Origin: Azolla caroliniana
Taxonomy: Eukaryota > Plantae > Polypodiophyta
Length of the DNA stretch: 64,000 nucleotides
Direction: 5' to 3'
NCBI GenBank assembly: GCA_043228905.1
Contig: JBHGNT010000017.1
Span: 3,100,001-3,164,000 of the forward strand
A program made the translations under genes and the position numbers. Within the stretch, counting starts at the first letter, position 1. Each line of letters begins with the position of its first letter. The notes below the pieces were generated by a model. It saw nothing but the letters and a program-made list of their open reading frames with translations, was not told the DNA's origin and made no database searches. Of the stretch, positions 51,998-64,000 are shown piece by piece.

Positions 51998-53713
51998 ATG
52001 CTATCCATGACGCTGGAGGACGCCTTAGGGTGGAGCCATGGTCATTCGAGCCAGATGCTGTTGATCAAAGACTGTGTTGCTTCTCCTGCATCCTTCCTTC
52101 TGCATCACCTCCTCCTCAACAACAAGACCCTCTCTTCTCAAGGAACGGGGAGGCCTCTCGTTATATTCCTCGCCTTGAAAGAACCTTTCTCTCATTACAA
52201 TCGGATTGCGAGGAAACAGGTCATTTCCTTCCTCCTCTCCAGACTGTTTGTTGTTCAGTTGGTACAGTTTATTGGAAGCAGACCAGAAGGTCACGCATTC
52301 CAACCCCCCTCCCTACATTCAGTAGTAGGCCATCCCAGATAGGTGTAGCTCAGTTGGTAAGGCTCACAGAAGGTCGTCCATTCAAGCCCTACATTTAGTA
52401 AATTAAGGAAGAGTATATGGTGCAATAAAGATGTGTGAAAGTTGGGGTTAAACCTAATGCCTTGCATTGTTAATCTAATAGCTTACTATCAAGGTAAGTT
52501 GAATACTAGAAAAAGAATTAAAAAGGAAAGCGAGAGAGAGAGAGTACCCAAATATGATCCATGCCACCTGAAAACATTACAAATCTATCTATGTAACCTC
52601 TCATGGAAGTGACTAATAAACATCTCCTTTGCACTCATACGAGTTATCCCCCACAGATGCTCATGACTCAATAAGATTGGCATGATGCATAGAGATCACA
52701 TAGATTTATGCCACGAGAAGTAATGAAGAGATCATCATAATATCCTTTAACTGTCTTCTTCATCAAGTGCATGTTTTTTTTAGTTAGAATATATGCAACT
52801 TTAATCTGGCGCTCATGAAATTTTACATCTCATAATCTTCCAATACTTATAGGCGAAAGCCTAAAACTCTGACATGGAAATTTTGTTTGAGTAGGGATGC
52901 AATTTACAGGCACATAAGGATTGTGGAACTCTGGTATTTATCGATTTGCTGTCTTCGTCTAGTATCAATTCCCCTGACTCGATGGTGATTCGTGACATTC
53001 CATCTCCAAAAAACAAACTCTTTCCACTGTTTCAGAGTTTCACAGCACTCCTAAGACAGGAACAAAAGCGGAATGCATGGATAATTATTGATGACATTTC
53101 ATTGCTCGAAGTTTTGGCTGAAGGCAATAAAGCACATGTTCTAGATTTCATTCACTATTGCCGGACCATGGCATCCAATGAACAGGTAAAATTGTGAATT
53201 CGGTAGTCAGTTGTGCAGGCACTCATACAAATGAGAAAAAGAAATAATGTAACACTCTTTTTCAAATGAGCAAATCACTAGATTGTAGTCCTATGCTTTC
53301 AGGACAGAAGTCCAAACTACAAGGTCAAACCTCAAATAGTAGTGCATCTGATTTTTGTTTTGTATGTTGTTATTTTTAGGTGTGTTCTTTGTTGTTGTTT
53401 ATGCACGGAGATGTATATGAAACTGCAGATGAGATGGCGATGGTTCATCAGCTTGAGCTGTGGGCAGACATAGTAATTAATGTGGAGCCTCTTGCGACTG
53501 GCCATCATTGTGATGTGCATGGGCAGGTAAATTGTTGCTGATGATTTTAAGCGGAAGACCTAAACGTTTTGATGTAGTTCTTAACCTTAAGCTTTTATAT
53601 TCTAGTTGACTGTGGAACATCAGACACTGAGAGGTCACCTCAATTCATATGGTCTTCACTACAAGGTCATGGAGAATGCTGTGCTCTTTTTTGCCCCTGG
53701 TAAACAAGTTTGA
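51998..53713 (+). CDS. ELP6: Elongator complex protein 6, 4 exons, ~255 aa
   Basis: Exons 51998-52219, 52895-53185, 53380-53526, 53606-53713 (768 nt). LLIKDCVASPASFLLHHLL, EPFSHYNRIARKQGCNL, IIIDDISLLEV, ADIVINVEPLATG..DVHGQL, LHYKVMENAVLFFAPG. Confidence 0.9.
52239..52400 (+). mobile_element. Tandem pair of tRNA-derived SINE-like or pseudo-tRNA copies in ELP6 intron 1
   Basis: A box TAGCTCAGTTGG at 52346 (TTGTTCAGTTGG in the first copy), cagaaggtc, degenerate B box, shared ccctacatt.agta end; no intact cloverleaf. Confidence 0.6.
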
Positions 53714-54591
53714 GTTAGTCAAATGACACTGTAGAAGTAGATCTCAATGCGCATAGATGATATTGGGAACCACTTCATGCATGTGGACTACATGCTATGA
53801 CATCTATCATTATTGCCCAACACAAGGTTCTACTCAAAATGAATTTTTGTCTACATTAAAATACCTAAATGGTAGTGATATTGAGTTGTGACCCCAGTTT
53901 GAGGGGTTGCTTATACAGCTAAATCAAAATCGATTTCTAACTCGTGGTTCTCACACATTTAAATGATTTTAATGCATTTAAATATTTGTCATATTCAGAA
54001 AAATACATAATCGGATTTGTCACAAATTATTCCTAGTGAGTATAACTGGTCCTAACGGAATGAGTGAAGAACAGGACATGACATTGTAGTTTGATGCAAG
54101 TGTTTTTATGCTAGTTTTCATGCCATAAGATGCCAACGTTGAATGGATGGCACACATGTAATGTATATATGTGTGGTACCAACGTGATTTTCACCATCTC
54201 CCATGTTGAGGATGTTATTCACACGATTCCAAGGGATATGTTTGTTCACTAACAAAACAGGAGTGGTTCCAGTTGGTACTTCTCTTGGAGTGACCAGTTT
54301 GTAATAGCAAAAATTGTTTTCTGTTGCTGTCAAGATATCTTTCACTTTTGACAAACATGCCAAATGTCCTTTAACTGCAAATATCCACTAATAACCATCA
54401 ATCTTTTTCATCAACTATGATACACCACTTACTGTCAATCAATGTGCTCATCTTCAAATTATGTATTCCAGAAGCTCTCTTTAATCTATTTTTCTCAATT
54501 GTGTTTGGAGCACTCACTTTCCGTTTCAAACACTTAGGTCTAGGTATAAGTATTATGAGGGTGAGTAGTTCGTGTTACACTTACTGCCAAC

Positions 54592-54873
54592 AAGCTTGCT
54601 CCCCATGTTTTACCACTTTGAGTAACATGATTACGAAAGTCAAGAACTAATGAGAAAACAGGACAACCTGTAGTACATTTTGCATTTATTTACCTATAAG
54701 CCTGGGACTCCATTGTTTGTCACGTTTAGCGTGACTAGGCACGCCAAGAACTGATGAGACAACAAGATGACTTTCAAAGCTGATGTTGTACTTACTGCCT
54801 AAAAGCTTGGAACATCATGCTTTGCCACATTGGGTAGCATGATTAGCAGGACTGATGAGAAAGAAGATGACTC
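54592..54873. repeat. Three diverged ~105-bp tandem units
   Basis: aagcYtg..cat..ttt..cac..tgaYta..actRatgagaNa..a.ga units start at ~54592, 54698, 54803. Confidence 0.65.
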
Positions 54874-55245
54874 ATACGTCATCCTCCATTTGAACCTCTA
54901 TAATAATTTTGTTCTTTTAGTTTCATTGTGCAATAACTACTAAATTCCTTGGGATGCATAAACCTATAAGCTCCTTGTTCTCTGATAATACATGATCGCA
55001 CAATAGCTTAAGAGAAACAAGATTCGGTATACCTGTCTTCTTCAGATTGTTGTGCCCCTGATCCCAATAGAGGACAGATTAGTCTTTGTTCTGACATTGT
55101 CCTTATTTTCCAGTTTGTGGATATGGCATCTCTTATGTCCTTCTGAGAGCTTGTTGATTGACCTATTCAAAATGTACTAGACAGTCAAAAACCTGAGAGT
55201 TGTGTCCTTCCCGAAACCCCGAGGAGGGCAGGGCACACGTCCATT

Positions 55246-57570
55246 TCAAATCAAACCAAAGGATCCCACCTTCCAACGAATTGCAGCATAGATATTGGAC
55301 AGCACAACATAAGGCGCAGAATTTTCTTCATCTATCTCAATCAAGCATTTGGATGCATCTTCTGCTAACTCTACCTGAATGTGATACTGGCATGCACCAA
55401 GAAAAGCCATAAAGCATAAAATAGTCGGTTGAATTGGCATAAAGTTGATGAGATAGAAGGTTTCAACCAGTCGTCCAACTCTTCCTAGAAGATCGACCAT
55501 GCAGACATAATGGTCCTGGGATATCAAATTAGTATGATTTTGCTCGGCCAATATAAAGAGTTGTAATGCCTCTTCAACAAGTCCAGCATGGCTACATGCA
55601 GAAAGAACAGATGCAAAAGTCAGCTTATCAGGAATACTTTCAGAAATTATCATTTCATTGAGTATCCCAACTGCTTCTGTCCCATGTCCATGCTGAGAAA
55701 ATACTGTCAATAATGTGTTCCAAGAAACAACATCTCTTTGCTCACGCATAATAAAAAATACACCCACAGCATCCTCCACACTTCCACACTTTCCATACAA
55801 ATTTATTAGAGCATTGCCCACATCAACGCTGATTCCTAGGCCATTTTCCACAACACAAGTGTGCAGTAATCTACCTTCGACTAAAGCAACTTGGGTGGCA
55901 CAAGCACAAAGAATATTCACAAAGGAAACCTCATTAGGTTTTTTTCCTTCGTCCTGCATTTGGACATAGTACAGGAGAGCTTCACTTATCTTTCCATGTT
56001 CGGCCAAAGCTGTTATCATGGCTGTCCAGGAAATTGCATCACGTTCACTCAAACTATCAAATGAAATCTGGGCATCTTCAATGCTCCCAAATTGCACATA
56101 CATGTTGATTAAAGCATTCTTAATAGGATCAGTAGACTCCAGATGCTTCTCAAAAGCGAATGAATGCAACCATCTTCCTTCCTTTAATTTGGTGCAAGAA
56201 GAAACCAGGCTAACAAGAGTGACTTCATTGGGTTTAACACCTACGAGTTGCATCTTGATAAATAAGCACATAGCCTCTCTAAATTCGCCATGCTGTCCAT
56301 GCACAGCAATCATAGCAGTCCACGAAATCACATTGAGATCTGCCATATGGTCAAAAACCTTGCGAGCATGTTCTGGGGCAGAGCACTTCCCATACATGCT
56401 AATGAGAACATTTCCAATGGCGATGTCACAATCCATCCCAGTGTCTTGAAGGCAAGCATGTATCTCAATACCCTTGTTAATGAGGGTTTCAACAACGCTG
56501 CATCCAGTCAGCATGTTGATGTATGTCTCTCTGTTTGGAAGTAATCCTTCAACTTTCATCTGCATGAACAACTGGAATGAATTGGTTCCTACACCATGCT
56601 GAGCATACACACCAATCAACGAGTTCCAAGTAACTACATTTCGTTGGTACATTTGGTAGAAAGTAGTCTCTGCATCCACCAAACTACAACATTTCCCATA
56701 CATGTTCACTAAGGCCGACCCTATGACCAAATCATTTTCCAATCTCTTCTCCACAATTTGTGAATGGACATGTCTACCTTCACATAATGCAAGAGGGATA
56801 TCACATGCCATTATAGCTGAAACATACGTGATTTTATCTGGAATTACACCTTCATGTTGCATTTGCCTAAATAGTAGAAGAGCCATCCTTCTCTCTCCAC
56901 CTTGAACATAAACTGAAATCATAGAGGTCCATGTGACAACATCCTTCTCGCAAATCCTATGAAATACATTGGAAGCATCCAATAAGCTCCCAACCTTAGC
57001 ATAGAGGTTGAGAAGAGAAGTCCCCACAACAGGATCTAAATCAAAATGAGCATCCATAGTGAGGCAGTGGAGGTGCACAACTTCATGAAAAGTAGTGTGT
57101 ACAGTACATGCATCAAGCATACAAACAAATGTAACCTTATTGGGCATGACATCATGTGATAGCATACGACCATACATCTCGAAAGCCTGTTGGAGGAGCC
57201 CTTGTTTGGCACATGATTTGAAAAGGAAATTCCATGCGAACACATTCTGTTGACGATGTGGAAGGATGGCAACACAATAATAACCATCATGAATGGTTCC
57301 ACAATTGGCGTACATGAGAACGAGGAGGCTTGAAAGCGGAGAGACGAGCTCCAACCCATCTTTCAGAATATGATGGTGGATCAGATTTCCACTAGAAAGA
57401 TTCAAAGACGATGATTTGAGGAGGGCTGCATATGCAGAGATATCCGACCTGAGGTTTGGATGGGAGGGTTCTTCAGAAACTATACTCTGAGAAAGGCTTC
57501 CTGAGAGCCTTATGAAGGAGAGTCCTCGTAAGAGCTTCAAATCGACCAGGTATGACTGTGAAGAGAGCAT
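55246..57570 (-). CDS. PLS-class pentatricopeptide repeat protein ending in the E domain, no DYW, 774 aa
   Basis: Single ORF with ATG, Ser/Leu/Arg-rich targeting-like N-terminus, P-L-S triplets, DHYVCMVDLLGRVG..APYVVLSNIYAA. Confidence 0.93.
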   Translation of the reverse strand: MLSSQSYLVDLKLLRGLSFIRLSGSLSQSIVSEEPSHPNLRSDISAYAALLKSSSLNLSSGNLIHHHILKDGLELVSPLSSLLVLMYANCGTIHDGYYCVAILPHRQQNVFAWNFLFKSCAKQGLLQQAFEMYGRMLSHDVMPNKVTFVCMLDACTVHTTFHEVVHLHCLTMDAHFDLDPVVGTSLLNLYAKVGSLLDASNVFHRICEKDVVTWTSMISVYVQGGERRMALLLFRQMQHEGVIPDKITYVSAIMACDIPLALCEGRHVHSQIVEKRLENDLVIGSALVNMYGKCCSLVDAETTFYQMYQRNVVTWNSLIGVYAQHGVGTNSFQLFMQMKVEGLLPNRETYINMLTGCSVVETLINKGIEIHACLQDTGMDCDIAIGNVLISMYGKCSAPEHARKVFDHMADLNVISWTAMIAVHGQHGEFREAMCLFIKMQLVGVKPNEVTLVSLVSSCTKLKEGRWLHSFAFEKHLESTDPIKNALINMYVQFGSIEDAQISFDSLSERDAISWTAMITALAEHGKISEALLYYVQMQDEGKKPNEVSFVNILCACATQVALVEGRLLHTCVVENGLGISVDVGNALINLYGKCGSVEDAVGVFFIMREQRDVVSWNTLLTVFSQHGHGTEAVGILNEMIISESIPDKLTFASVLSACSHAGLVEEALQLFILAEQNHTNLISQDHYVCMVDLLGRVGRLVETFYLINFMPIQPTILCFMAFLGACQYHIQVELAEDASKCLIEIDEENSAPYVVLSNIYAAIRWKVGSFGLI

Positions 57571-57831
57571 ACAGACAGAGACCTGAGCTCAGTTCCAAGG
57601 CGCCATTCTCTGTTTTTTTCCAATATCAATAGACATGTATGTATTCTTATAAAACTAGAACCATTGTTTATCAAAATTAGGCTTATGTCCTTTCATTAGA
57701 AAAGCTCAAGAATATTCTTCATATTGATGAAACCCACTTTTACTCGTTCTCCAAATAGATTTGGTAAATACTATCAAGTAATTCGAAATGCAATATTTGT
57801 GTAAGGTTTCGGTCAATCCTCTCTACATCTA

Positions 57832-58153
57832 AAATTAGGGCATTCATTCTCTTGTTCACATCGATGTCTCCCTCCCTTTGGGTAAAAAAATAAAATTGGG
57901 ACCATTAAAGCAAATGATGAATTGTTAGGATCAAATCGTGGACTCATGTTTCTCTAGATTGGGTTTCATATGATTCAAAGTCAACAAGTGCAAATTAGGG
58001 CATTCATTCTCTTGTTCACATCGATGTCTCCCTCCCTTTGGGTAAAAAAATAAAATTGGAACCATTAAAGCAAATGATGAATTGTTAGGATCAAATCGTG
58101 GACTCATGTTTCTCTAGATTGGGTTTCATATGATTCAAAGTCAACAAGTGCAA
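57832..58153. repeat. Near-perfect 160-bp tandem duplication upstream of the PPR gene
   Basis: aaattagggcattcattctc...gtcaacaagtgc at 57832 and 57992; one substitution seen (ttgggacc vs ttggaacc). Confidence 0.95.
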
Positions 58154-58474
58154 ACTTGTGGCCAATAACGATGGCTTATGCACCATGTGAACCTGGATAC
58201 ATGAGTTGTGTGTGAATCAAATGAACAAAAAATGAGGATCGACTTTGAGTGTTCCCAAAGACGATCTTAACCAATGGAAGCAATTGGCAACTTTTTAATA
58301 TAAGGTCAACGTTTTAGAATTTCAAAAGTAGGGAAGAGGGTTCCTAGGTTTCAAGATGGCATCGAATTTGAGATGCTGTAGAAACAAGCAACATCATAAC
58401 ATAGAAAATCAAGTTATATTAGAGTGCATAGAGTTGATAGATATTGAAATTGACAATAAATATTGCGTGTCATA

Positions 58475-59100
58475 TCAAAATTCTTCAATATTAAATGATG
58501 AGGAAGAAGGTCGTGCAACACCTAGAGTTAGCGGAAGGCAACAAACTCCACTAGCAAAGGCTATCCATTACATGTAATAGCTCCGTTGACAAAGGGAATG
58601 TGAGATCCATGCATCAATGAATGTGGTATAATATCCACCCACTTTCATAATGTTATGATGAAGAAATGGTACATGGGAACCTCTTGATGCAAGGCTACAA
58701 TTGTACTAGCAAAGGGTGTGTGTTTTTTGAGGCCATGGAGCTAATAGATGTCAAAATTCAGAATCAATGTCAAGTGTCATAGCACAAATCTTCAATATTA
58801 AACTATGAGGAAGAAAGTGGCGGTAGACAGAAATTCATTGCGAGGCGACAACCTCCACTTGCAAAAGGTGTCATTACAAAACAAAAACTCCATTAACAAA
58901 AGGAGTGTTACCCGAGGCCCATGCACATACAAGCATGGTACAATATTCACACACTCTCATAATTTAAAGATGAAGACAAATATATACATTTCTAGGCCAC
59001 AGTTGTGGTAGCAAACGGAATGTTGTTTTGAGGGTACCAAAGAGCCTCTCACTACGAGGTCACAATTGTGCTTGTGAAGGGGGTGTTGTTATGAGACCAC
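58475..59100. repeat. Old diverged ~307-bp tandem duplication
   Basis: tcttcaatattaaa..atgaggaaga..caa.ctccact.gcaaa..ctcc.tt.acaaa.gga.tgt..ccatgca at ~58482 and ~58789. Confidence 0.7.
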
Positions 59101-60201
59101 ATGCTTCACCATTGCAAAATTTAGCCCTTTTGCGACACATGAACTTTCATAATCATATGTTCATCTAAACATAGTTTCAAGGAATTTGGAGTTTCAGAAT
59201 TATACTACAAATTAGACCTCATTGAAGATGCTCCATACTTATGCCAAACATGGTCTCTATAACGAAACAAGATATTTCGTGAACAATGCCAGCAAAACTA
59301 AACAGTCTTCTCATTCTCATGATTTCATCAACATAAAACGCAATCGAAAAAGAATAGAATTAGACGGTTGAAAGTGAAGCAAAAAATGTTCAATATATTT
59401 GATCCCAAGGATTGAAAGGCCAAAAAGGGATTGAATATTTTTGGATGACTGGATATAAAACAATCAGTGTATCAACATATTCTTTCAAACTAAAAGGCTT
59501 ACTGGTGTGGTATGTAGGACAATGCACTATGTACTATATATTCTACATGGTTTTAACGTTTACATCGCATGTTTGTGAAAATGTTCCAGTGAATTTCTTT
59601 GATCTTAGTTCTTGATCATTTGGTTGCATATTTGGTTTCGCGCAACACTATTTAAATAACAGAACTAATGTTTTTCTTTGTTGACAATAAAATTAAAGGC
59701 AATAGAGATCAACATGACAAATTACACAATCAGATTGGGCATTGCATCACTTAAGAAAGATAAAGAAACACTTACATTAAGTGTTCCATTGGAAGAATCA
59801 GAACTATGCTATGGTAAAAGGAGGATTATATTATACAAAATATTGAAATCAGACAACTTTGGTAGCTTAAGCAGCTTCGCAAATAACATGCAATACAAGA
59901 CTGTTCTATTTCTTAATGTTAGCCATGTATCGTGGCCAAATCAGGCACGGTTTGTGTCATTTTGCTCAATGAATGGAATCAGAGAACCTCCAATATAGAA
60001 ATGCTGTAGAGGATGAAGCTTCATAATCTGGGAAATAATGAAGCTTTGGAATAAGAGGTATTTCCATTGAAACCGCCAAAAATTGCAGTAATTGGGACAT
60101 AAATCTTACCAGACTAATTGAACATAAATCCATAAATCTAAACCCTTAACTAAATCCAGCTTAACCATACAGACCTAAGGGAAACAAGATCAGACCTTGA
60201 C

Positions 60202-62301
60202 CTATTGCACTGACAATTTCTTTCTCTTGTATCTTATCATAACTTCTCCCTTTACACCGACCACCATAGCATTCCAATCAATCTGAGGAAACGGTGAGAT
60301 CAGCTCCAGCTCGTAATTACGAAGCAAATGACTCCAAATGGTCTTGATCTGAAGGTATGCAAAGGGTTCACCAAGGCATCCATGCCTTCCACCACCAAAG
60401 GACACATATGAGAATGGTCCTGCTGCTTTATCTTCATCACGTCCAGGGGCAAACCTATCTGGATCGTATGTATCAGGATTCTTATATATGTGTGGTAACC
60501 GGTTCGCAAATGCTGGTGATGTTGCAACAATATGGTCCTTCGGTACAACATATTCATTGCCTTGCCTAGTTTTCACAGTAAAATCCTTGTGATTATAACG
60601 AAGAAGAAGAATGAGTGGTGGGTGAAGGCGAAGTGCCTCCTTTATGCATCGATATAACACATCCATCTCACTCAAAACATCATAATTGAGTGTTTCGCCA
60701 TGCCACTTCATTATTTCACGCTGCTCATCTTGCGCTTGTAGCCAAAATTTTGGATTCCTAGAGAGCACAAGCAAAATGAAAGAGGTAAATAGTCTGCGAG
60801 ATAGAAGAAAAAATTTCAGAGTTTTGCAAAGTTACTCACGCCAACAGATATGAGCCAGTCCATGTGGAAGTAATGGAACTTGTATGTTGACCAGCAAAGA
60901 GTGCAGCTATCAATAACCCAGTAATTTCATGATCTTCCAAGGCTCGTCCTGTTGACCTATACTTAGAATCAATAAATGCTTGAAGCATGTCATCCTCACG
61001 CTTACCCGAGCCTCTCCTGACCTGAATGATCTTTGCAAAAATGCCAGCCAACTCCTTCCTGGCTCTATCTCTTTTTTTATGGGCAGCGATGGGAAGGTAT
61101 GGAAAAATGACACTTATGGGAAGCATGCCATTGTCAAGGTCGTGAAACAGATCACTCACATTCTTGAACAGCTGATTTCTTACTTCGCTTCCTAAGAGGC
61201 ACTTGCTGGCAGTGAGGATAATGAGATGCTCCAGCTCACTCTTCAGATCGATGACACCCTCATCTCCCCATTTAGCGAAGAAATTCTGCATAATCAACAA
61301 ATCAGGAAGACTTAAAACATTACAGAGAAGCTTGCAAAAATTACACTCTGGTGATTAAAGAAGAATAGAAAGAATAGACTGCACATCCTGATCCTTTCAT
61401 TAACATGATTAATCACCGAGTCCCAATTACGCCTAGAAATGATTGTCTCTGCACAGCCATTTTCCCCAAACCAGAGTCCTAATCAGCTAGCTAGATGCTT
61501 TGATGCATTCCATCCTAGGTTGATCCATGGGGATCAGATAATCTATAGGGCATAGCTGTCCATACCTACCATTAGAGGGCGAATACAATAAGGAAATGTA
61601 ATTAGAAATCTAGACTCCATGCTGAGTTAGCCTATTTCTGGCCTTAGCTTGATTTGTCAAAGCATACTTAATGCATGTATGGTACACATATATACTCATA
61701 ACAGAATAAACCATACCCTGTGTAAAGTACATGCATATAAACGGATGAAACGTATACATTCTACTAAAGAATTAACAGAATATTCACGGCATACCTCAGC
61801 TTCAAAGACCATGTGCTCGACATAGTTCTTAAGGCTGGCAACGCGGAGGGCTTCACTAAAGAAGCGGAACTGCTCCATCCTCACCGAGTAATCGACATCA
61901 AACACAACTCCAGGACCAAATGTGGGTACATTGAACTGATAAACTTCTTGCTGGCTCAATTCAGCCTCAGGAGCCTTGAAGAAGTGAGATGACTCCTCGG
62001 GGCCGATCAGGAAAGTGATCCTCCGGGTAAGAACAGAAACCGTGAAAACACCACCAAGCCTTGGGTACTCCTCTTCTATCATTTTGATGGGGCCACTTAA
62101 GAATTTCCGGATGCCACCTATGAGGGGCAGGGCACGGATATAGGGAGGATGCTTCTTGCCGGATCGAGACCCGAAGAAGAGAGTGGACAGGATCTTCGCG
62201 AGCAGCAAGGTTGAGACAGCAAGTAGGCCGAGGCGAGTCAGCGGGCTCAGGTTCCCAAGGATCGACGGGAGATAGGATTTGAGCAAAGGTCGAGGATCCA
62301 T
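60202..62301 (-). CDS. CYP51G1: Obtusifoliol (sterol) 14-alpha-demethylase, 3 coding exons, 502 aa
   Basis: Exons 62301-61795, 61285-60840, 60757-60202 (1509 nt). VYQFNVPTFGPGVVFDV, LFAGQHTSSIT, KEALRLHPP, PDRF, heme motif FGGGRHGCLGE; 5'-UTR intron acceptor (tttctttgcag) 2 nt before the ATG. Confidence 0.97.
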
Positions 62302-64000
62302 GGCTGCAAAGAAACAGAGGAGAGATCTGATCTGTCTGCGTGATTGGATAAAATTTTTGAAGGAAATCCCCACCTAGAAAGAGGGCTTCCTTTTTGAAAC
62401 CCTAAATTCCTTCACAGATCTGCAAGCCCGCTATGGATTTATAGGGTTTGAAGCCCTGGACTGCATCACAGATCTGCATGCCTTCCCTCTTTCTCTCTTT
62501 TCTGGGGTTTTTTTTTTGGGTTTTTGTTACTCCTCTGTTTGTCTGTCTGTTTTTTTTTGTCGTTTGGGCTTTTAGGCAGTCACTTTTCAGACGTGCTAAT
62601 TATATATGTATATATGTATGTATAAGGAAGGGATAGAAATTAGGTGCTCCATGGAACATGCCAACTCAAAGTGCAGATCTACACTTAAAGACCACAAATC
62701 ATAAGCTGTCCTGGCCTTCCATACTACAGATACATACTTTCAAAAGAACAGAGAAGACCTACATCTAAATCGCCTTGTCTCGTGAGTACATACATACATA
62801 CTCATACATGCATGCATGCATGCATACATACATGGATACATACATACACGTGGTCGCAAGGTCATTTGTTAGGTCCACTAGACTCCCGAATCACCCCCCT
62901 TGCATATTATCATTCATTCACGTATTCCATCCGTGTTAGTCTCGTGAGAAGAATGACTCGGTTCCTGTAAACTGCACTCGCTCGGTACACAAGCATCGGA
63001 GATTGATTGATACAAGAAACTTGCTTGGCACTCACTCGAGCCCTCGAGAAAACCTTATGAAAGAAGGCTTATTGCAAAAGGAGGGCATCACATGAAGCTA
63101 AATATGTAAATAAAAAATATATAAAAGACACATAAAAAGGAATGACTCGCGTGATGCCAATCTTTGGAACTAATTTAATGAGACTAACCTTTCAAGCTTG
63201 AGGCATACAAACATAATCCCAACGATGTTGAAACATAAAAGTTAGAGATCCCTTTAAAATGTTGGAATGTCTCTTAAAAACTTCATTTGTTAGATCGCCC
63301 CAACCATGGCTCGTACTCCTAGGAAAGATGCCTTAAAGACCATGTCCAACTCATTCTCTATGAAATCTGAATTCACTTCAAGACTAAACGGGGTCCTCCA
63401 CAATACATCCAGCCACATTATAAAAGTCACGTCGTGCTCTAATCACCTCATCCATGATAAACAATCGCGGGCCAAACAAATCACATATTGCGATTATTGA
63501 AGCCAAATTCCCTCTGAACTCATCCCCTTGTTTCATATGAACAACAGCAAACCTACCCTACATAGGATGTGGTGGTTGAAAAAGACAATGAGATGACATT
63601 TATTATTTATAGGCTCACCCTCTAAGTTGTCACATCTTTAACATGACGATATCTTTGACATTGCAAATGAGAAATAATGGTTTGCAATTGACTCTAGATA
63701 TCCAAAAGTCCTCCTCTAATGGTGCATGTATTAATAATGCATTACACCTTCTGAAGAACTTGTAAGAATGGTTAAAGAAAACTCTCTTGTTGTTGGGCAT
63801 TAATTAACAACCCATATATAATGACAAATGATCTTTAATGTTTCTTAAAGTTGTATCACATGCCTATACTCCCTTGCTATCCACTTGTTGCAAAAAGTTC
63901 AACAAAAATTTCTTCATGAGAGAATCAAAGTCAAGTTGAAGCACAAGAGAATAGGTAAACCATTATGGGGGCTTGCCAAGTAAGGATCTATACACGTCAA

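Noticed and set aside
52341-52400. Functional tRNA gene
   Set aside because: Anticodon arm truncated, T-loop mutated and no acceptor stem
54746-54875. Repeated CTGATGA suggesting hammerhead ribozymes (also at 29415)
   Set aside because: No stem II followed by GAAA and no stem I/III pairing; explained by tandem repeat or simple hairpin
2563-57570. RNA-modification cluster (BUD23, ELP6, two PPRs)
   Set aside because: Unrelated substrates and compartments; PPR genes are abundant enough to co-occur by chance
18887-62301. Biosynthetic gene cluster (peroxidase, CRTISO-like, CYP51)
   Set aside because: Different compartments and pathways, no scaffold synthase, and CYP51 retains canonical housekeeping motifs
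62302-62373. GTG-started N-terminal extension of CYP51
   Set aside because: Lies in a 5'-UTR intron whose acceptor is immediately before ccATG
63150-64000. hAT transposase remnant
   Set aside because: Too degraded to assign any diagnostic motif by eye

Overview
Eukaryotic, intron-containing land-plant nuclear DNA. The PLS-PPR style, short introns, (AG)n/(CA)n density and gene spacing suggest a compact-genome fern (inference). Hand-spliced gene models that close in frame: an intronless 14-Cys secreted peptide, BUD23/RID2 18S rRNA methyltransferase, an uncharacterised Gly-rich protein, a class III peroxidase fused to a 217-aa extensin-like Pro-rich tail, a CRTISO-like FAD oxidoreductase, asparagine synthetase, ELP6 and CYP51G. 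Two PLS-class PPR ORFs lack DYW; one has an unresolved start. The window also holds an unprocessed SNF7/VPS32 pseudogene, a decayed LINE, tRNA-derived SINE-like copies, probable DNA-transposon debris and many local duplications. The best novelty candidates are the peroxidase-extensin chimera with its repeat-rich upstream region and the acidic 14-Cys peptide. All family assignments come from remembered motifs; no database search was run.
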